Origin: Synechococcus sp. A15-24
GTDB lineage: Bacteria; Cyanobacteriota; Cyanobacteriia; PCC-6307; Cyanobiaceae
Length of the DNA stretch: 32,000 bases
Assembly: GCF_014280195.1 (NCBI RefSeq)
Contig: NZ_CP047960.1
Location: forward strand, 690,001-722,000
Reading direction: 5' to 3'
In this document: in pieces, positions 29,141 through 32,000 of the stretch
How positions within the stretch are numbered: the first letter of the stretch is position 1
Layout: each line of letters opens with the position of its first letter
Position numbers and translations under genes: made by a program
Notes under the pieces: model-generated
Database searches by the model: none
Seen by the model: the letters and a program-made list of their open reading frames with translations, nothing else
Told to the model about the DNA's origin: nothing

Positions 29141-31756
29141 ATGGTCTCTGCGTCTCCCGTCCGCCTTGCGGACTACAGCCCATGGCCTTTTGCTCTGCCA
29201 GCGATTCGCTTGAACGTCGACATCAGAACCAGCGAAGTGCTGGTGATCAGCCGACTGGAGCTAGAGCCCCAGGAGGAGGCTGACGTCCTGCAGCTGCAGG
29301 GTGTGGACCTAGAGATCTGCAGCATCAGGCTGAATGGTGACGATCTTGCGGGTGATGCCTACAGCTATACGGATCAGCTGCTGACGATCCACTCTCCGCC
29401 GAGCACGCCGTTTGTTCTGGAGACCTGTTGCCGCATCGACCCCTACAGCAACAGCTCTCTTGAGGGTCTTTATGCCAGTGGTGGCCTGCTGAGCACACAG
29501 TGCGAGGCCGAGGGATTCCGGCGAATCAGCTTTCACCCGGATCGCCCCGATGTGCTGAGTCGGTGGACGGTGCGAATCGAAGCGGACAAAAGCAGTTGTC
29601 CTGTGCTCTTGAGCAATGGCAATGCCGCTGGAACAGAAGCTGTTGGCTCAAACCGCCATGCGGTGACCTGGGTCGATCCCTTCCCCAAGCCGTCCTATCT
29701 GTTCGCCTTGGTGGCAGGTGATCTGCGCGAAATTCGCGACAGCTTCACCACGGCATCCGGTCGCACAGTGACGCTGCGCTTGCACGTGGAGGAGGGTGAT
29801 GAGCCCTACACCGCCCATGCCATGAAGTCGCTGAAGCGATCCATGCAATGGGATGAACAGGTGTACAACCTTCAATATGACCTAGATGAATACAACATCG
29901 TCGCGGTGCGCCACTTCAACATGGGCGCGATGGAGAACAAGAGTCTGAACATCTTCAATTCAAAGCTTGTTCTGGCAGATGCTGAAACTGCCACAGATGC
30001 TGAGCTAGAGCGCATCGAGAGTGTCATTGCCCACGAATATTTTCATAACTGGAGTGGCAATCGGATCACCTGTCGCGACTGGTTTCAGCTCTCATTGAAA
30101 GAAGGCCTGACGGTGTTCCGTGATCAGTCCTTCACCGCCGATCTTCATTCAGCGGCGGTGAAACGGATCGAGGATGTGGCGATGCTGCGCAACACCCAGT
30201 TTCGAGAGGATGCTGGACCGACTGCTCACCCTGTGAAGCCTGCGGAATACCAGGCGATTGATAATTTCTATACAACAACGATTTATGAGAAAGGGTCGGA
30301 ACTGATCCGGATGCTCCACACCCTGCTGGGAGCGGAGCGGTTCATGCGCGGGATGGCGCTCTATGTAAGCCGTTTCGATGGCACGGCGGCCACGACGGAA
30401 GACTTCATTCAATCCATCGTCGATGGAGCGACGGAGGGGGGAGAGCCGCTGGGATTTGATCCAGAGCGTTTCCGTCGTTGGTATCACCAGGCCGGGACAC
30501 CGGAGCTGACGGTTGAGCGCCAGTGGGACTCCAACACCGGACGCATGACCCTGCAGCTTCGGCAGGCCACGGCACCAACCCCCGGACAGGTGGACAAGCA
30601 GCCGCTGGTGCTCCCGTTGGCGATGGCCCTAATCGGTCCAGAGGGGCGTCTGGGAGATGAGCAACTCGTGGTGATGGAGAACGAGACCAAAACCGTGATC
30701 CTTCAGGGCGACCCTGGCCCGGTTGTTCCAGCCCTGTCACTGCTGCGCCGCTTTTCAGCGCCGTTGATCGTGCGGATGGAGGCCTCCCTGGAGGAGCGCT
30801 TGCAACTGCTCGCCAATGATGACGATCCATTCATCCGCTGGGATTCCGCCCAGGGCCTGTTCCGCCAGGTGCTGATCGCCCGCGCCGAGGGGCGTGTCGA
30901 TGAGCAGGTGGAAACGGCGGTGGTGGAAGCGTTGTCCCAACGCCTGGCGGCCTATGGAGGTAACCCTGATTCGGCTGCGGCGTCCGAGTTGGCAGCACTG
31001 CTGGCCTTGCCGGGGCTGCTGGAACTGGAGGCGTTGCAGACACCAGTGGATCCTCCAGCTCTGTTTGAGGCTGCTTCAGGCTGGTGCCGTGATCTCGGTC
31101 TGCGGCTGCGATCTGAGTTGATCGGGTTGCTGGAGCAGACCCGCCAGGACTGGGCGTTGACCTGGCCGGCTGGTCAGGGTGGACGTCAGCTCACGGCTGT
31201 GGCCTGGCGTTGGCTCGTGGCATCCAAGGATGCTCAGGCGTGCGCTGATGCGCTTGCCGCCGTGTCGAGTCCATCGATGACCTTGGCCCGATCGGCTCTG
31301 AGGGCTCTGCAGCCGGTGGCCGTGCCCGAACGGGACCAGGCCCTTGCTGCGTTTTATGAGCGCTGGCAAGAGAAACCGGTCATCCTCGATGCCTGGTTTG
31401 CGCTGGAGGCCTCGACGCCTCGGGCGGACGGCCTGCAGCGGGTCAATGCATTGCTGCAGCATCCCCGCTTCGATCCCCTGGCGCCCAACTCGCTGAGGGC
31501 GGTGCTGGGAGGACTCACCGCCAATGTGCCGGTATTCCATGCTCTCGATGGCTCCGGCTATCGCTTCATGGCCGAGCAGATCGCGGCTGTGGATGCCCGC
31601 AACCCCATCACAGCGTCCCGGCTGGCCAAGGTGTTTAGCCGCTGGAGGAGCTACGGGCCGGAGCGCCAGTCAGCCATGCGAGAGGCCATCGAGCAGCTGG
31701 CAGCCGGTGGCTTGTCCTCCAACACGGCTGAGGTGGTGGCGATGCTCAGGACGTAA
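29141..31756 (+). CDS. pepN: Aminopeptidase N (M1 family)
   Basis: The GAMEN exopeptidase motif is present. The zinc site reads HEYFHNWSGNRITCRDWFQLSLKEGLTVF (HExxH-18-E). The size, about 870 aa, fits. The track start is TTG 29126, but ATG 29141 (MVSASPVRLADY) is more likely. Confidence 0.96.
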   Translation: MVSASPVRLADYSPWPFALPAIRLNVDIRTSEVLVISRLELEPQEEADVLQLQGVDLEICSIRLNGDDLAGDAYSYTDQLLTIHSPPSTPFVLETCCRIDPYSNSSLEGLYASGGLLSTQCEAEGFRRISFHPDRPDVLSRWTVRIEADKSSCPVLLSNGNAAGTEAVGSNRHAVTWVDPFPKPSYLFALVAGDLREIRDSFTTASGRTVTLRLHVEEGDEPYTAHAMKSLKRSMQWDEQVYNLQYDLDEYNIVAVRHFNMGAMENKSLNIFNSKLVLADAETATDAELERIESVIAHEYFHNWSGNRITCRDWFQLSLKEGLTVFRDQSFTADLHSAAVKRIEDVAMLRNTQFREDAGPTAHPVKPAEYQAIDNFYTTTIYEKGSELIRMLHTLLGAERFMRGMALYVSRFDGTAATTEDFIQSIVDGATEGGEPLGFDPERFRRWYHQAGTPELTVERQWDSNTGRMTLQLRQATAPTPGQVDKQPLVLPLAMALIGPEGRLGDEQLVVMENETKTVILQGDPGPVVPALSLLRRFSAPLIVRMEASLEERLQLLANDDDPFIRWDSAQGLFRQVLIARAEGRVDEQVETAVVEALSQRLAAYGGNPDSAAASELAALLALPGLLELEALQTPVDPPALFEAASGWCRDLGLRLRSELIGLLEQTRQDWALTWPAGQGGRQLTAVAWRWLVASKDAQACADALAAVSSPSMTLARSALRALQPVAVPERDQALAAFYERWQEKPVILDAWFALEASTPRADGLQRVNALLQHPRFDPLAPNSLRAVLGGLTANVPVFHALDGSGYRFMAEQIAAVDARNPITASRLAKVFSRWRSYGPERQSAMREAIEQLAAGGLSSNTAEVVAMLRT

Positions 31757-31979
31757 GCACCACCACGGCGATGGCAACGCCGATCAGCAGCGTCAACCAG
31801 AGCAATCTCTGGCGGCTGAGTGGTGGTGCACTGCGTCGTCGTTGTCGTTGGTTGGAGCGATTCCGGCTTGGGCGGCTCCCGGCAGCCAGTCCGCAGGATT
31901 GACAGATCAGCCGACCGGCCAGAGCTCGGTCAGCCCTGAAGCGGCGGCTGCCGCAGTTCTGACAGACACTGGTCACCAC
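31746..31979 (-). CDS. Candidate small zinc-ribbon protein with a C-terminal TM helix (77 aa)
   Basis: Translation is MVTSVCQNCGSRRFRADRALAGRLICQSCGLAAGSRPSRNRSNQRQRRRSAPPLSRQRLLWLTLLIGVAIAVVVLTS. It has two CxxC pairs 17 residues apart, an Arg-rich linker and one hydrophobic helix. The start codon is GTG. Its 3' end overlaps the pepN 3' end by 11 nt in convergent orientation. Confidence 0.45.
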   Translation of the reverse strand: MVTSVCQNCGSRRFRADRALAGRLICQSCGLAAGSRPSRNRSNQRQRRRSAPPLSRQRLLWLTLLIGVAIAVVVLTS

Positions 31980-32000
31980 GCAACCAACGGCACAGGTCTT

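Overview
High-GC (roughly 58-60% by eye), densely coding window that looks like chromosomal core genome of a marine picocyanobacterium, probably Synechococcus. This rests on petH with an N-terminal CpcD-like domain, sasA, zwf-opcA, a CpcS/CpeS-like protein, a Nif11-type peptide and cyanobacterial-type tRNA-Glu. I can support about 35 protein-coding genes plus one tRNA. In order they are: a partial divergent membrane-protein gene, gyrA, crtL, GH57 glycoside hydrolase (-), leuA, an orphan sugar-type ABC permease, a block of small ORFs (Nif11-like peptide, 51 aa, 67 aa, 146 aa), a YkoF/MTH1187-like protein, a small secreted HExxH protein, an RluA-family pseudouridine synthase, a SemiSWEET, pgpH-like 7TM-HD (-), then folD, a 2OG-oxygenase-like gene, crtE, a divergent PAP2 and a RecD-like helicase joined by 1-4 nt overlaps. 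A low-GC islet with two small ORFs follows. After it comes a minus-strand run of histidine phosphatase, a 36-aa TM ORF, acyP, cobB, opcA, zwf and petH. The window ends with an SRPBCC protein, tRNA-Glu(UUC), sasA, a CpeS-like protein, an AT-rich islet with a secreted protein, pepN and a small zinc-ribbon/TM ORF. I see no CRISPR array, transposase, integrase, phage genes or recognisable defence, toxin or secretion system, and no convincing multi-gene novel system. The items most worth a second look are: (1) an apparent 1-nt frameshift that separates the conserved C-terminal motif of the 2OG-oxygenase-like gene from its body; (2) a stand-alone Nif11-type peptide in a block of small uncharacterised ORFs; (3) two low-GC islets carrying small secreted proteins; (4) a small secreted HExxH protein; (5) small ORFs absent from the ORF track (36-aa TM, 51-aa acidic); (6) tight translational coupling of GGPP synthase with a divergent PAP2 phosphatase and a helicase. 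All functional calls come from motif recognition by eye, and no database search was possible.
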